This document shows positions 53,824-62,345 of a stretch of 64,000 nucleotides of DNA, one piece after another. Every line of letters begins with the position of its first letter. The first letter of the stretch is position 1. Below the pieces are notes generated by a model. The model saw only the letters and a program-made list of their open reading frames with translations, did not search any database and had not been told where the DNA came from. The stretch lies in assembly GCA_003161615.1 (NCBI GenBank), contig PMOB01000007.1:33828-97827 (forward strand), in the 5' to 3' direction. The position numbers and the translations under genes are program-made. Source of the stretch: Actinomycetota bacterium (lineage in GTDB: Bacteria > Actinomycetota > Thermoleophilia > Gaiellales > Gaiellaceae).

Positions 53824-54305
53824 CTCGTCACTTCCTTCGGCTTGGGACTAGAGGAGGCAGCAGGTTCGAGCCGGGACGCGAGCCGTGACTTCGCCCGGTG
53901 ATACCGAACTCGGCAAGCGACGCCGGAGCATCCAAGGACTGTCGCTGCATCGGTGAGTGACAGCCCCTCCCAGGCGACAAGCCGGAGGACTTCCCGGTCC
54001 TTCTCGCTCAGGCGATTGAACGCGGCAGCGAGGACGCCGTCGCCGACGGGCTCGGGCTCGACGACGAGCCGCAACTCGCTTGGCGTGATCGGCGCCCGCT
54101 TTCGCCGCTCGTTCGCCAGCGTTTTCCTGGCGACCGCATACAGCCAGGGCAAGGGCTCAGCCGGGACTCGGTCGATCTTCCGCAGGCAGACGACGAACGT
54201 CTCCGACACTACGTCGTCGACCACCGGCTCGGGGGCCCTGCGCCTCACGTACGCGCGAACCGCCTCGCAGTGCTCCGCGTAGATCTGCTCGAACCGCTGC
54301 TCCAT
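53820..54305 (-). CDS. ECF sigma factor
   Basis: FEQIYAEHCEAVRAYVRRR...DDVVSETFVV...PWLYAVARKTL; region 4 LSEKDREVLRLVAWEGLSLTDAATVLGCSGVACRVRYHRAKSRL. Confidence 0.85.
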   Translation of the reverse strand: MEQRFEQIYAEHCEAVRAYVRRRAPEPVVDDVVSETFVVCLRKIDRVPAEPLPWLYAVARKTLANERRKRAPITPSELRLVVEPEPVGDGVLAAAFNRLSEKDREVLRLVAWEGLSLTDAATVLGCSGVACRVRYHRAKSRLASRLEPAASSSPKPKEVTR

Positions 54306-54368
54306 CTCTCACCCTGTCTATGTCGCGAGCGACGCACACGTTACGGCGAGTTCCCACCGCGCCTTCAG

Positions 54369-54397
54369 GGGACATTCCCGAGCACTGGCCCAGGCGA
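54369..54397 (+). repeat. 29-nt islet motif, copy 3
   Basis: GGGACATTCCCGAGCACTGGCCCAGGCGA. Confidence 0.7.
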
Positions 54398-54415
54398 GTC
54401 ACCTACTCTGAGGTC

Positions 54416-54649
54416 ATGCCAGCGGTCCTCTCGTTCTTCCGACGCACGCCCGGCGCCGTCAGGATCGCCGCGACGGACAAGCGCATTCCGAGGCCGCTCA
54501 GGTGGTTGGCGACTCTCGGTCTGCTGCCGATCCCCGGACCGTTCGACGAAGCCCTTTTGATCCTCGTCGCCGTGCCGCTCGCCTTGTTCTATCGCCGCCC
54601 CCTTGCCGAAGCTTGGGCGAGAGCCGGCGACGCGCGTCTGCCGGGGTAA
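54416..54649 (+). CDS. Small membrane protein (DUF1232/YkvA-like, tentative)
   Basis: MPAVLSFFRR...LATLGLLPIPGPFDEALLILVAVPLALFY. The longer 54320 start would read through motif copy 3. Confidence 0.4.
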   Translation: MPAVLSFFRRTPGAVRIAATDKRIPRPLRWLATLGLLPIPGPFDEALLILVAVPLALFYRRPLAEAWARAGDARLPG

Positions 54650-54662
54650 CGCCTCCGCTCAA

Positions 54663-54691
54663 GTGACGTTCCCGAGCACTGGCCCAGGCGG
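54663..54691 (+). repeat. 29-nt islet motif, copy 4
   Basis: GTGACGTTCCCGAGCACTGGCCCAGGCGG. Confidence 0.7.
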
Positions 54692-54954
54692 CGCTCTGCG
54701 CTCGCCGACGGCTGGCGAGGGCGTGGTGTCGGTGTCGGCCAGCCTAGGGGAAGCGACGGCGACGGCGGCCGGAGACGGGCACTCGCCGGGGCCGACGTCG
54801 CGCGGCGCCGCGCGACCGGCGCGCGCCGGTCGCGCGCCGGTCCGGGGGAGTCTCAGGGGGTCCCGGCGCCCCTCGGTGCGCTCGGCGGCCTGCTGGAGGG
54901 ACGCCAGAGAATGCGCGAGAGCCGATTGCTGGGATCGGCTCCGGCTTGGTAGAG

Positions 54955-55041
54955 CGGAGGGGAGAGGATTTGAACCTCCGATCCGCTTGCACGGATAACG
55001 GTTTTCGAGACCGCCGCATTCGACCGCTCTGCCACCCCTCC
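54955..55041 (-). tRNA. tRNA-Ser (anticodon CGA)
   Basis: The reverse complement is GGAGGGGTGGCAGAGCGGTCGAATGCGGCGGTCTCGAAAACCGTTATCCGTGCAAGCGGATCGGAGGTTCAAATCCTCTCCCCTCCG. Anticodon arm GCGGT-CTCGAAA-ACCGT. Confidence 0.9.
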
Positions 55042-55074
55042 GCGGGTGGGCGCGACCCGCGGGCGCCGCGCTAG

Positions 55075-55165
55075 CGGAGAAGGAGGGATTCGAACCCTCG
55101 ATGGAGCCATTCAGCCCCATAACGCCTTAGCAGGGCGCCGCCTTCAGCCACTCGGCCACTTCTCC
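55075..55165 (-). tRNA. tRNA-Ser (anticodon GCU)
   Basis: The reverse complement starts GGAGAAGTGGCCGAGTGG... Anticodon arm GCGCC-CTGCTAA-GGCGT, long variable arm, T arm GAGGG-TTCGAAT-CCCTC, CTTCTCC-G. Confidence 0.9.
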
Positions 55166-55189
55166 GAATTCGGGACAGGTTAGCGAGGC

Positions 55190-55396
55190 TCAACCAAAGA
55201 AGTTGATGGCCGCGACCATCAGCCCGAACATCACGAGCGACGCGATGACGAAGACGCTCAGGCCGGCCGGGCCGGGAAAGTCCGGCTTGTAGCGCGGCAC
55301 GAGGAACGACGACGCGAGCGCGAAGACGATGAACGCGGCCGCGACGACGATCAGCGCGATCTTGTGGCCGGTCGTGAGGTCTGCGGCGAGCAGCAC
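55190..55396 (-). CDS. Small two-helix membrane protein
   Basis: 68 aa; KIALIVVAAAFIVFALASSFLV and LSVFVIASLVMFGLMVAAINFF. Confidence 0.45.
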   Translation of the reverse strand: MLLAADLTTGHKIALIVVAAAFIVFALASSFLVPRYKPDFPGPAGLSVFVIASLVMFGLMVAAINFFG

Positions 55397-55414
55397 GACC
55401 GGTATTCCAGCAGA

Positions 55415-56695
55415 TCAGGCGCTCCCGAGCAGGGCCTTCTCGCCACGCCGCCGCCGCTCGCGCGCCAGCCCCCAGCCGAGACCGCCGAGAATGACGAACG
55501 GGCTGGCGACGATGAGCGCGTAGAGGACGATGATCCCCTCGAGCCCGAGGAAGTTCCCGGCGTTGCCGAGCAGCCGGCCGAGGCGTCCCTGCTTGTGGTG
55601 GACAGTCACGAACGCATGCTGGTTCGTCGTCAGCGTCAGCTGGATGTCGGCCGTCGCCGCCGAGGCGACGGTGTGGCTGCGCGCCTTGCGCTGCGAGTTG
55701 AGCGCGTGCTCGGCGCTCGAGAGGCGGATCTGCACCTCGACCCGCTGGGAGCCGGACACCGAGCCGCTGTTCAGCGCCTGCTGATAGATCGCGATCGCGC
55801 GCTTCAGCGAGCCGATCGTGTCCGTCTGCTGCCGGAATTGCTGCTGGAGATCCTGCGTCGAGACCTGCTGCGAGCTGAGCTGGCCGAGAGCGCCGAGCCT
55901 GCCGATCGCCGTCTCCGCCTTGCCGACGGGGACGCGCAGGTCGAGATAGGCGTTCCCGTAGCCCTTGCGCGAGGCCTGGTACTGGACGCTCTGCGCGTAG
56001 CCACCGAGCCTGGTGACGATCTGAGTCGCGTTGTTCGTCGCGCTCGTGAGCGCCGCGTGATCCTTGACGACGACCTGCATCGACGCGTCCGCGTGGACGA
56101 GCCGGTTCGACGGGATCGTGACGGCGCTGTACGCCTGCACCGTCGAGACGGGGTTGTCGCCTGCCAGCGGGCCAAGGGCCCGCGGAGCGTTCGGGACGCG
56201 CTTGGCGGTCTGGTCGGAGAGCGCCAGGGTCCCCTTGGACTGCGCCGCCGTGGGGGTGCCGAACGCCTTCCCGGCGGTGGTGTGGGCCTTGGCGAACGCG
56301 CCGTTCGCGGCCGGCGCGTGCGTGACTGCCTTCAAGTTCTGCTGGAACTTGGCCTTTCCATGGAACACGCTCCGCGTAGCGACATTTGCAGCCAACGGGT
56401 TGGAGCCGGAGGAGAAAGCGCCGTGAATCAACGCCGCCCCTACCGCGAGGCACGCGGCGACCGGCACGACGACGAGGACGAGCCGCCTCCGCGGCATGGA
56501 CGTCCGCCGCCGCCGCGCCGCCCCCGGCGCCGCCGCGAGCACGCTCTGCCGCAGCGTCTCGGGAGCATCGAGCGTCCCGGCGCGCAGCTCCGAAAGCATC
56601 GACGCGCGCTGCTTCTCGTCCAACGTCCGCGGCTCCTCGCCGCGCAGCAGAGCCTCGAGCCGCTCGAACGGCATGTCAGTCGCGGACATCTCCAA
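55415..56695 (-). CDS. Anti-sigma-like membrane protein with a DUF4349-type extracytoplasmic domain
   Basis: Cytoplasmic N-terminus, TM helix LVLVVVPVAACLAVGAALI, Gln-rich coiled segment, C-terminal TM helix. Lies immediately downstream of an ECF sigma gene. Start at 56695, 56689 or 56674. Confidence 0.7.
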   Translation of the reverse strand: MEMSATDMPFERLEALLRGEEPRTLDEKQRASMLSELRAGTLDAPETLRQSVLAAAPGAARRRRTSMPRRRLVLVVVPVAACLAVGAALIHGAFSSGSNPLAANVATRSVFHGKAKFQQNLKAVTHAPAANGAFAKAHTTAGKAFGTPTAAQSKGTLALSDQTAKRVPNAPRALGPLAGDNPVSTVQAYSAVTIPSNRLVHADASMQVVVKDHAALTSATNNATQIVTRLGGYAQSVQYQASRKGYGNAYLDLRVPVGKAETAIGRLGALGQLSSQQVSTQDLQQQFRQQTDTIGSLKRAIAIYQQALNSGSVSGSQRVEVQIRLSSAEHALNSQRKARSHTVASAATADIQLTLTTNQHAFVTVHHKQGRLGRLLGNAGNFLGLEGIIVLYALIVASPFVILGGLGWGLARERRRRGEKALLGSA

Positions 56696-57218
56696 CCTCC
56701 TCTTCCAATCGGTTCAACGCCCGGCTGAGCCGGGTCGAGCAAGCTGTTTGGCTGATCCCGAGAACGCGCGCGGCGCTCGGCCCGTCGAGCTCGAGCAGCA
56801 CCCGCAGAGCGACGACCTCGCGCTCGGCCGGCGTCAGCCGGTGCAGCGCGCGCTCGAGGTCCGGCGAGAGCCCGTCGGAGAAGACCGACTCCTCGAGCAT
56901 CTCGGCGTCGAGCATGTACGTCTCCTCGCGCCGCTGCCGCCGCGCCTCGGCGCGGAACCAGTCGACGGCGACGGAATGGGCGATGCGGCAGAGCCACGTC
57001 CGGGGCGCGCCGCGATGCGGATCGAAACGGCGCCAGCCGCGGAAGGCCTTCTCGAACGTCTCCGCCGCGAGATCCTCAGCCGCCACCCGGTCGCCCGTGA
57101 GGTAGACGAGATAGCGGTAGACCGCGTCGAGGTTCTCCGAAACGACCTCGGAGAAAGGCTGTGCACGACCGGAACGGGAAGCGGCGAGAGCCGCCGGCAT
57201 TGCGTTCACGAGCTTCAT
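56676..57218 (-). CDS. ECF sigma factor
   Basis: Region 2 ...AEDLAAETFEKAFRGWRRFD...TWLCRIAHSVAVDW; region 4 LTPAEREVVALRVLLELDGPSAARVLGISQTACSTRLSRALNRL. Confidence 0.85.
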   Translation of the reverse strand: MKLVNAMPAALAASRSGRAQPFSEVVSENLDAVYRYLVYLTGDRVAAEDLAAETFEKAFRGWRRFDPHRGAPRTWLCRIAHSVAVDWFRAEARRQRREETYMLDAEMLEESVFSDGLSPDLERALHRLTPAEREVVALRVLLELDGPSAARVLGISQTACSTRLSRALNRLEEEVGDVRD

Positions 57219-57277
57219 ACGGCACCGACCGGTCGAAATGTCACAGCGGAACCGTAGGCTCAACGATCGTGCGCCGC

Positions 57278-58420
57278 ATGCTCCTTCTCGTCAGCGCCCT
57301 CGTCTGGGTGGACACGATGCTCTACGCGGCGCTGACGCCGCTCCTCCCCCACTTCGCGCAGACGCTCCACCTCTCGAAAACCGGGGCGGGAGCGCTCGTC
57401 GGCGCCTACGCGGCCGGAGCGCTCGTCGGTGGATTGCCCGGCGGAGCGGCGGCGGCGCGACTCGGCCCCCGGCGCGCCGTCCTTGTCGGGCTGACGCTGA
57501 TGGGGCTCGCGAGCCTCGGCTTCGCGTTCGCGCACGGCTTCGGAGCGCTCGCAGCTGCGCGCTTCCTGCAGGGGTGCGGCAGCGCCTTCACCTGGGCCGG
57601 CGCCTTCGCCTGGCTGCTCGCCGCAGCTCCGCGTGAACGCCGCGGCGAGATGATCGGGAGCGCGATGGGCGCCGCCATCTTCGGCGCGCTCTTCGGCCCG
57701 GTGGTCGGCGGCGCGGCCGCACTGCTCGGCCGCGCGCCCGTCTTCGCCACGCTCGCCGGGCTCGCGGTGGTGCTGGCCTGGCTGACGCTGCAGATCGAGC
57801 CAACTCCGCCGGAACGGCCCTCCACCGAAGCCATCGCGCGCGCCATCCGCAACAGGACATTCGTGGGCGGGCTTCTCCTGATGGGGCTTCCCGCCCTGTT
57901 GTTCGGCGTCCTGTCGACGCTCGCGCCGCTTCGCCTCCACGCTGCCGGCTGGGGTGCCCTCGGGATCGCCGCAGTCTGGATCGTCGGCGCGTACTTCGAA
58001 GGGACGCTCTCCCCGCTCGTCGGCCGCTTCCTCGACCGCCGTGGCGCCTTCCTGCCGATCCAGCTCTCGCTCGCCGCCGCCGTCGCCTTCTCGGTCGGGC
58101 TCGCGCTCGGCCCGCGGCCGCTCGCCTACGTGCCGCTGATCGTCTGCGCCGCGGCGGCGTACGGCGTCCTCTTCACGCCGGCCTTCGCTCTCATCGCCGA
58201 GGGCGCGGAGCAGAGCGCGCTGCCGCAGGGGATGGCCTTCGGGCTGATGAACGCCGCCTGGGCGACCGGCGCTCTCCTCGGCCCGGCTGCGGGAGGAGCG
58301 GTGGCCGCCGCGTCCGGCGACGTCGTCCCGTTCCTCGTCTCCGCAGGCCTTTGCGCAGTGGCGTTCGTAGCGGTGCGGCGCGCGAGACGGCGGCTAGAAT
58401 CCGCCGCCCAGGGCGCGTAG
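57278..58420 (+). CDS. MFS transporter
   Basis: About 12 hydrophobic helices. The ...GPRRAVLVGL... loop is typical of MFS motif A. GTG 57269 is an alternative start. The 3' end overlaps the tRNA-Val by 10 nt. Confidence 0.85.
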   Translation: MLLLVSALVWVDTMLYAALTPLLPHFAQTLHLSKTGAGALVGAYAAGALVGGLPGGAAAARLGPRRAVLVGLTLMGLASLGFAFAHGFGALAAARFLQGCGSAFTWAGAFAWLLAAAPRERRGEMIGSAMGAAIFGALFGPVVGGAAALLGRAPVFATLAGLAVVLAWLTLQIEPTPPERPSTEAIARAIRNRTFVGGLLLMGLPALLFGVLSTLAPLRLHAAGWGALGIAAVWIVGAYFEGTLSPLVGRFLDRRGAFLPIQLSLAAAVAFSVGLALGPRPLAYVPLIVCAAAAYGVLFTPAFALIAEGAEQSALPQGMAFGLMNAAWATGALLGPAAGGAVAAASGDVVPFLVSAGLCAVAFVAVRRARRRLESAAQGA

Positions 58421-58482
58421 CTCAGCGGGAGAGCACTCGCTTCACACGCGAGGGGTCGCTGGTTCGATCCCAGCCGCGCCCA
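58411..58482 (+). tRNA. tRNA-Val (anticodon CAC)
   Basis: GGGCGCGTAGCTCAGCGGGAGAGCACTCGCTTCACACGCGAGGGGTCGCTGGTTCGATCCCAGCCGCGCCCA. Confidence 0.9.
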
Positions 58483-58549
58483 CTTCCGCGACGCCCGCAC
58501 GTGCGCAATCCGTGCGAAATTCCAGGGTCGCATCCCGTAGGGTTGGCCG

Positions 58550-59350
58550 GTGGAAATTCCGGCGGATGTGCGGCGGCAGGCATTGCATCCTTTTCAGGAG
58601 CTGTTGCTCCCTGTCGGTTGGAAGCGGGTCGAGGGCGCGCACGTGGCTATCTGTTTCCACACGTATCCGATCGCTCAGGTCGTCGAGCCGACAAACATTG
58701 GCCCTGCCGACGTCGACGACGCCGTCGCGGAGGCGCGCGAGCTCGTGCGCGCCGAAGGCAAGGATCGTCTCGTTTGGTGGGTCGAGCCCGCCTACGAGTG
58801 GCTCGGGCCTGAACTCGAACAGCGCGGGCTCCTGAATGAGGAGACGCCCGGCTTCGAGGCGGTCGAGAACGCGATGGCGCTTGTCGAGCCCCCGGCGGGC
58901 AACACACCGGACGGCGTCACTGTCGGCCTCGTCGAGACCATTGACGACCTCGCGGCCTCGGACCACGTCACTGTTGAAGCGTTCGGGATGGGGCCTGAGG
59001 CTGCGGCGGAGATGGACGGGGATCGGGTCAAGCGCTACGCCGAGTACACGACGGCCGGCAACTCGGCACTGCAGTTCATTGCGTCACTCGACGGAGAGGT
59101 CGTTGGCACTGCGGCCGCGGTCATCGGCAACTCCGGGATCAACCTCTTCGCCGCCGGCGTGCTTCCCGATGCGCGCGGACGCGGCGTATACCGCGCCATG
59201 ATTCGCGCCCGCTGGGACCTCGCAGTCGAGCGCGGCACACCGGCGCTGACGGTGCAAGCCGGTCAGATGTCGCGGCCGGTTCTTGAGAGCGCCGGGTTCT
59301 CGTTCATCGCGGCGGCGAGGATGTACGTCGGCGATCTCGCCGCTCTTTAG
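58550..59350 (+). CDS. GNAT family N-acetyltransferase (two-lobed)
   Basis: C-terminal half ...GVLPDARGRGVYRAMIRARWDLAVERG... (acetyl-CoA binding Q/RxxGxG/A pattern). Confidence 0.75.
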   Translation: MEIPADVRRQALHPFQELLLPVGWKRVEGAHVAICFHTYPIAQVVEPTNIGPADVDDAVAEARELVRAEGKDRLVWWVEPAYEWLGPELEQRGLLNEETPGFEAVENAMALVEPPAGNTPDGVTVGLVETIDDLAASDHVTVEAFGMGPEAAAEMDGDRVKRYAEYTTAGNSALQFIASLDGEVVGTAAAVIGNSGINLFAAGVLPDARGRGVYRAMIRARWDLAVERGTPALTVQAGQMSRPVLESAGFSFIAAARMYVGDLAAL

Positions 59351-59370
59351 CCTCGCCAGCCTGCTCCTCC

Positions 59371-60249
59371 CTACGTCACCTCCACCGGCTCCACACTCTC
59401 GCGCGCGAGCGCGCCCCCAACCTGCACGGTGGCGAGCGCCGCCGCTCCTCCACCGGTCGCGAGGATCCCGATGACGAGCCCGGCCAGCCGGAGCGGCGAG
59501 CTCGGCCACCACTCGTGCGCGAGCAGCGGCGCCAGCGCCACCGGAATGAACGTCGTCAGCGCGAAGATGAGCGGCCCCACGTGCGTCACGGGCCGGCTCT
59601 GCAGGGCCGACATCTCGCCAAGCGTGCCGAGAATCCCGGCCAGGGCCATGAGCACGAGCCAGCCGACTGCCCCGGCCCAGACTCGGGTGGTGTAGTCGTC
59701 CGCCACGAATTTGGTCGCAAGACCTTCGAGCGCGAAGGCGAGGCCGGCACCGAACGGCACGAGAAGACTCGCGCTGCGGGCGGCGCCGCGCAGGCCGAGC
59801 GGCACGAGCGATAGAGCCGCGAGGACGGCGAGCGTCGTCCAGAGGCGCGCGCCGCCGCTGTGGCTGGCATGGCGGGCGGGAGTCGTGAGCGCGAGGAGTG
59901 GCACTCCCCCGGCGACCGCGAGCGCGGCGAACGCCTCGCGCCGGCCGACGTGCTCGCCGAGCTGGCGCATCGCCACGAAGAGGAGGAACACGAGCGTCGT
60001 TCCGAGCAGCGGCTGGACGAGCGTCAGCGGCGCCTTCGTCAGCGCGTAGGCCTGGCAGACCCAGCCGAGGATGCCCAGCGCCGCTCCGGCCACCCAGCGA
60101 GGCCGCCGCACGAGGCGCATGAAGAGCGAGAAGCGAAGCGCACGCTCGACCGACTCCTGCCGCGCCTCGTACGTCTGCAGTCCCATCGCAAGCGCGAACA
60201 GCGCCGAGGCGCCGAGGGCAGCGAGAACGCCGATGGCGAGTGCAGGCAT
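59371..60249 (-). CDS. Multi-pass membrane protein (DMT/NIPA-like, tentative)
   Basis: 292 aa with 8-9 hydrophobic helices. Confidence 0.6.
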   Translation of the reverse strand: MPALAIGVLAALGASALFALAMGLQTYEARQESVERALRFSLFMRLVRRPRWVAGAALGILGWVCQAYALTKAPLTLVQPLLGTTLVFLLFVAMRQLGEHVGRREAFAALAVAGGVPLLALTTPARHASHSGGARLWTTLAVLAALSLVPLGLRGAARSASLLVPFGAGLAFALEGLATKFVADDYTTRVWAGAVGWLVLMALAGILGTLGEMSALQSRPVTHVGPLIFALTTFIPVALAPLLAHEWWPSSPLRLAGLVIGILATGGGAAALATVQVGGALARESVEPVEVT

Positions 60250-60281
60250 GACCTGCTTAAGACCTTAGAGGGAGAGCCGCT

Positions 60282-60632
60282 CTAGGCGGCGGCGAACGAC
60301 TGCGGCGTGAGCAGCCGGTCGACGGCGCCGGCGAACTGCTCGACGCTGAACGGCTTGGCGAGATACGAGACCGGCCCGAGGCCGAGCTCCTCCGCCTCGT
60401 CGGGGAGGATGCTCACGCAGAGGATCGGCAGGTCGGGCGACTCGGAGCGCACGGCGCGAGCCGATGCGACACCCTCACCCGAGGCGGGCTCGATCACAAG
60501 CAGGTCGAGCTCCCGAGTGGGGGTACCCGGGAGCACGACCTCATGACCCGACCGCTCCAGTAGCAGCCGCAGTAGCCACCGGACGTCAGGGTCAATCTCA
60601 CTCAAAAGGATCCGCGCCACGGGGCTAAACAT
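60282..60632 (-). CDS. Stand-alone receiver-like domain with Glu at the phospho-acceptor position
   Basis: ILLSEIDPDVRWLL...LDLLVIEPASGEG...ILCVS...YLAKPF. Start taken at MFSPVARI. Confidence 0.6.
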   Translation of the reverse strand: MFSPVARILLSEIDPDVRWLLRLLLERSGHEVVLPGTPTRELDLLVIEPASGEGVASARAVRSESPDLPILCVSILPDEAEELGLGPVSYLAKPFSVEQFAGAVDRLLTPQSFAAA

Positions 60633-60687
60633 CTCGCCGCGGCGGATGAAACCGGGCAGCCGCTCGGTATGAAGAACGTATGAATGC

Positions 60688-61725
60688 TCAGCCGCGGGCC
60701 GGCAGCACGCGTCCGCGCACCTCGCCGAGCTCGATCCCGTTCGCCGCACGCCCGCGCAAGGCGATCTCGTCGCCGTCCGCGAGGAACCGCTCGCCGTGGA
60801 AGAGCTCGATCATCGAGCCCTCCGTCCCCGGCTCGGCGCCGGAAATCGTCCCGCTCGCCATCAAGTCGCCGGTGCGCAACGGCGCGCCGTTCGAGGTCGC
60901 GTGGGCGAGTTGCTGCGGCATCGTCCAGTAGAGCGTGCGCGCGTTGCCACGGGAGATCGTCTCGCCGTTCAGCTCCACCTCGAGCGCGACGTCGAGTCCC
61001 CAGTTCCCGCCACCGTGGAGATGTGAGAGCGGCGGCGGATCCTGCTGCGGCGCCTCGACCCGCGCCTCCTCGAGCAGCGCGAGCGGCGTCACCCAGGCCG
61101 AGATCGAGGTCTGGAACGACTTGCCGAGGAACGGGCCGAGCGGTTGGTACTCCCACGCCTGGATGTCACGCGCGCTCCAGTCGTTGACGAGGACGACGCC
61201 GAAGACGTGACGGGCGAAGTCCTCGACCGGCACCGGCTCGCCGAGCTCGCTGCCGACTCCGACGACGAAACCGAGCTCGAGCTCGAAGTCGAGGCGACGG
61301 CTCGGGCCGAACGTCGGCGCGCCTTCGTCCGGCGCCTTCCGCTGCCCCAGCGGGCGCACGACGTCGGTGCCACTGACGACGACGCTGCCCGCGCGGCCGT
61401 GGTAACCGACCGGCAGCCAGCGCCAGTTCGGCAAGAGCGGCTCCTGGTCGGGCCTGAACATCCGCCCGAGATTCGTCGCGTGCTCGAGCGAGGAGTAGAA
61501 GTCGACGTAGTCCGCGACCGTAAACGGGAGCCGCGCTCCGGCGAGCGGCGCGCGCGGGCCGTCGTGGTCGCGCGCCGCGGCGATCGCGTCCTTCCACGCT
61601 GCGGGACCGCTCGCCAGCAGCGCATTCAGCGTCGGCTGCGCGAAGACGTCGCCGAGGCCGGCCAAGTCGACCGCCTCGTCACCGTCCCGCCAGAGCAGGC
61701 CGCTTTCGCCGGCGCCAAAGCTCAC
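60688..61725 (-). CDS. Fumarylacetoacetase (FAH family)
   Basis: ...VADYVDFYSSLEHATN..., FELELGFVVG, VLVNDWSARDIQAWEYQPLGPFLGKSF, TGDLMASGTISG. Confidence 0.85.
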   Translation of the reverse strand: MSFGAGESGLLWRDGDEAVDLAGLGDVFAQPTLNALLASGPAAWKDAIAAARDHDGPRAPLAGARLPFTVADYVDFYSSLEHATNLGRMFRPDQEPLLPNWRWLPVGYHGRAGSVVVSGTDVVRPLGQRKAPDEGAPTFGPSRRLDFELELGFVVGVGSELGEPVPVEDFARHVFGVVLVNDWSARDIQAWEYQPLGPFLGKSFQTSISAWVTPLALLEEARVEAPQQDPPPLSHLHGGGNWGLDVALEVELNGETISRGNARTLYWTMPQQLAHATSNGAPLRTGDLMASGTISGAEPGTEGSMIELFHGERFLADGDEIALRGRAANGIELGEVRGRVLPARG

Positions 61726-62327
61726 AGAATCCCCAGCGCTTCGAGCTCGCCGACCGGCTCGAAGAACGAGCAGCTGCCGATCGAATGGAAGAGCGATGCG
61801 CGGACGCCGCCGAGCTGCTCTGCGGACGCCGCGCGGTCGCGCCAGCGGAACGACTCGCTGTCGAGCTCGAACGCGCCCGGGCCTTCGCGCAGCGCCTCCT
61901 CCTCGTCACCGAAGACGGCCGCAGCGAGCACGTTGAGGAAGCCGTGCTCGCCCGCGGCGGTCGGGTAGGCGTGATGCAATCCCGCGGTCGCTTTGAAGAG
62001 GACGCCGTCCTCGCGGCACCGCCGGATGAACGCCCCGAGCTCCTCCACCGGCGGGATCGCCGCGCCGCCGCAGCGGAGCTTCGAGACGCCCTCGACGAAG
62101 ACGAGATCTCCCTGCCGTTCCCGGCCGTCGCCGACGACCGCGAGCTCGCGTCCCTCGACCTCGGTCCCTTCCGGCACGACGAAGCGGCCAAGGAGCCACG
62201 CGTGCGAGCTGGTCTGCGCGCGGCCGTCCTCGGCAAGCGCCTCCGGAAGCGCCAGGTTCGCGGGCGGGAACATCGGCGCGTGGTCGAAGAGCCGCGTCAG
62301 CAGGGCTCGGCGGGCGTCGTCGGCCAT
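61722..62327 (-). CDS. Conserved hypothetical protein co-transcribed with the FAH gene
   Basis: 201-aa ORF with good codon bias. Its stop overlaps the FAH start (ATGA). Confidence 0.55.
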   Translation of the reverse strand: MADDARRALLTRLFDHAPMFPPANLALPEALAEDGRAQTSSHAWLLGRFVVPEGTEVEGRELAVVGDGRERQGDLVFVEGVSKLRCGGAAIPPVEELGAFIRRCREDGVLFKATAGLHHAYPTAAGEHGFLNVLAAAVFGDEEEALREGPGAFELDSESFRWRDRAASAEQLGGVRASLFHSIGSCSFFEPVGELEALGIL

Positions 62328-62345
62328 CGCGCGGGAGGCTACCCT

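Noticed and set aside
54320-54415. The longer version of the small membrane protein gene, starting at 54320.
   Set aside because: Its first 32 codons read straight through the non-coding repeat copy 3 (..SGDIPEHWPRRV..). ATG 54416 gives a compact protein with hydrophobic segments.
50336-54954. An integrase or excisionase expected next to the tRNA-Ser attachment-like repeats.
   Set aside because: None of the ORFs in the islet looks like a recombinase. The islet is therefore reported only as a probable remnant, not as an active mobile element.
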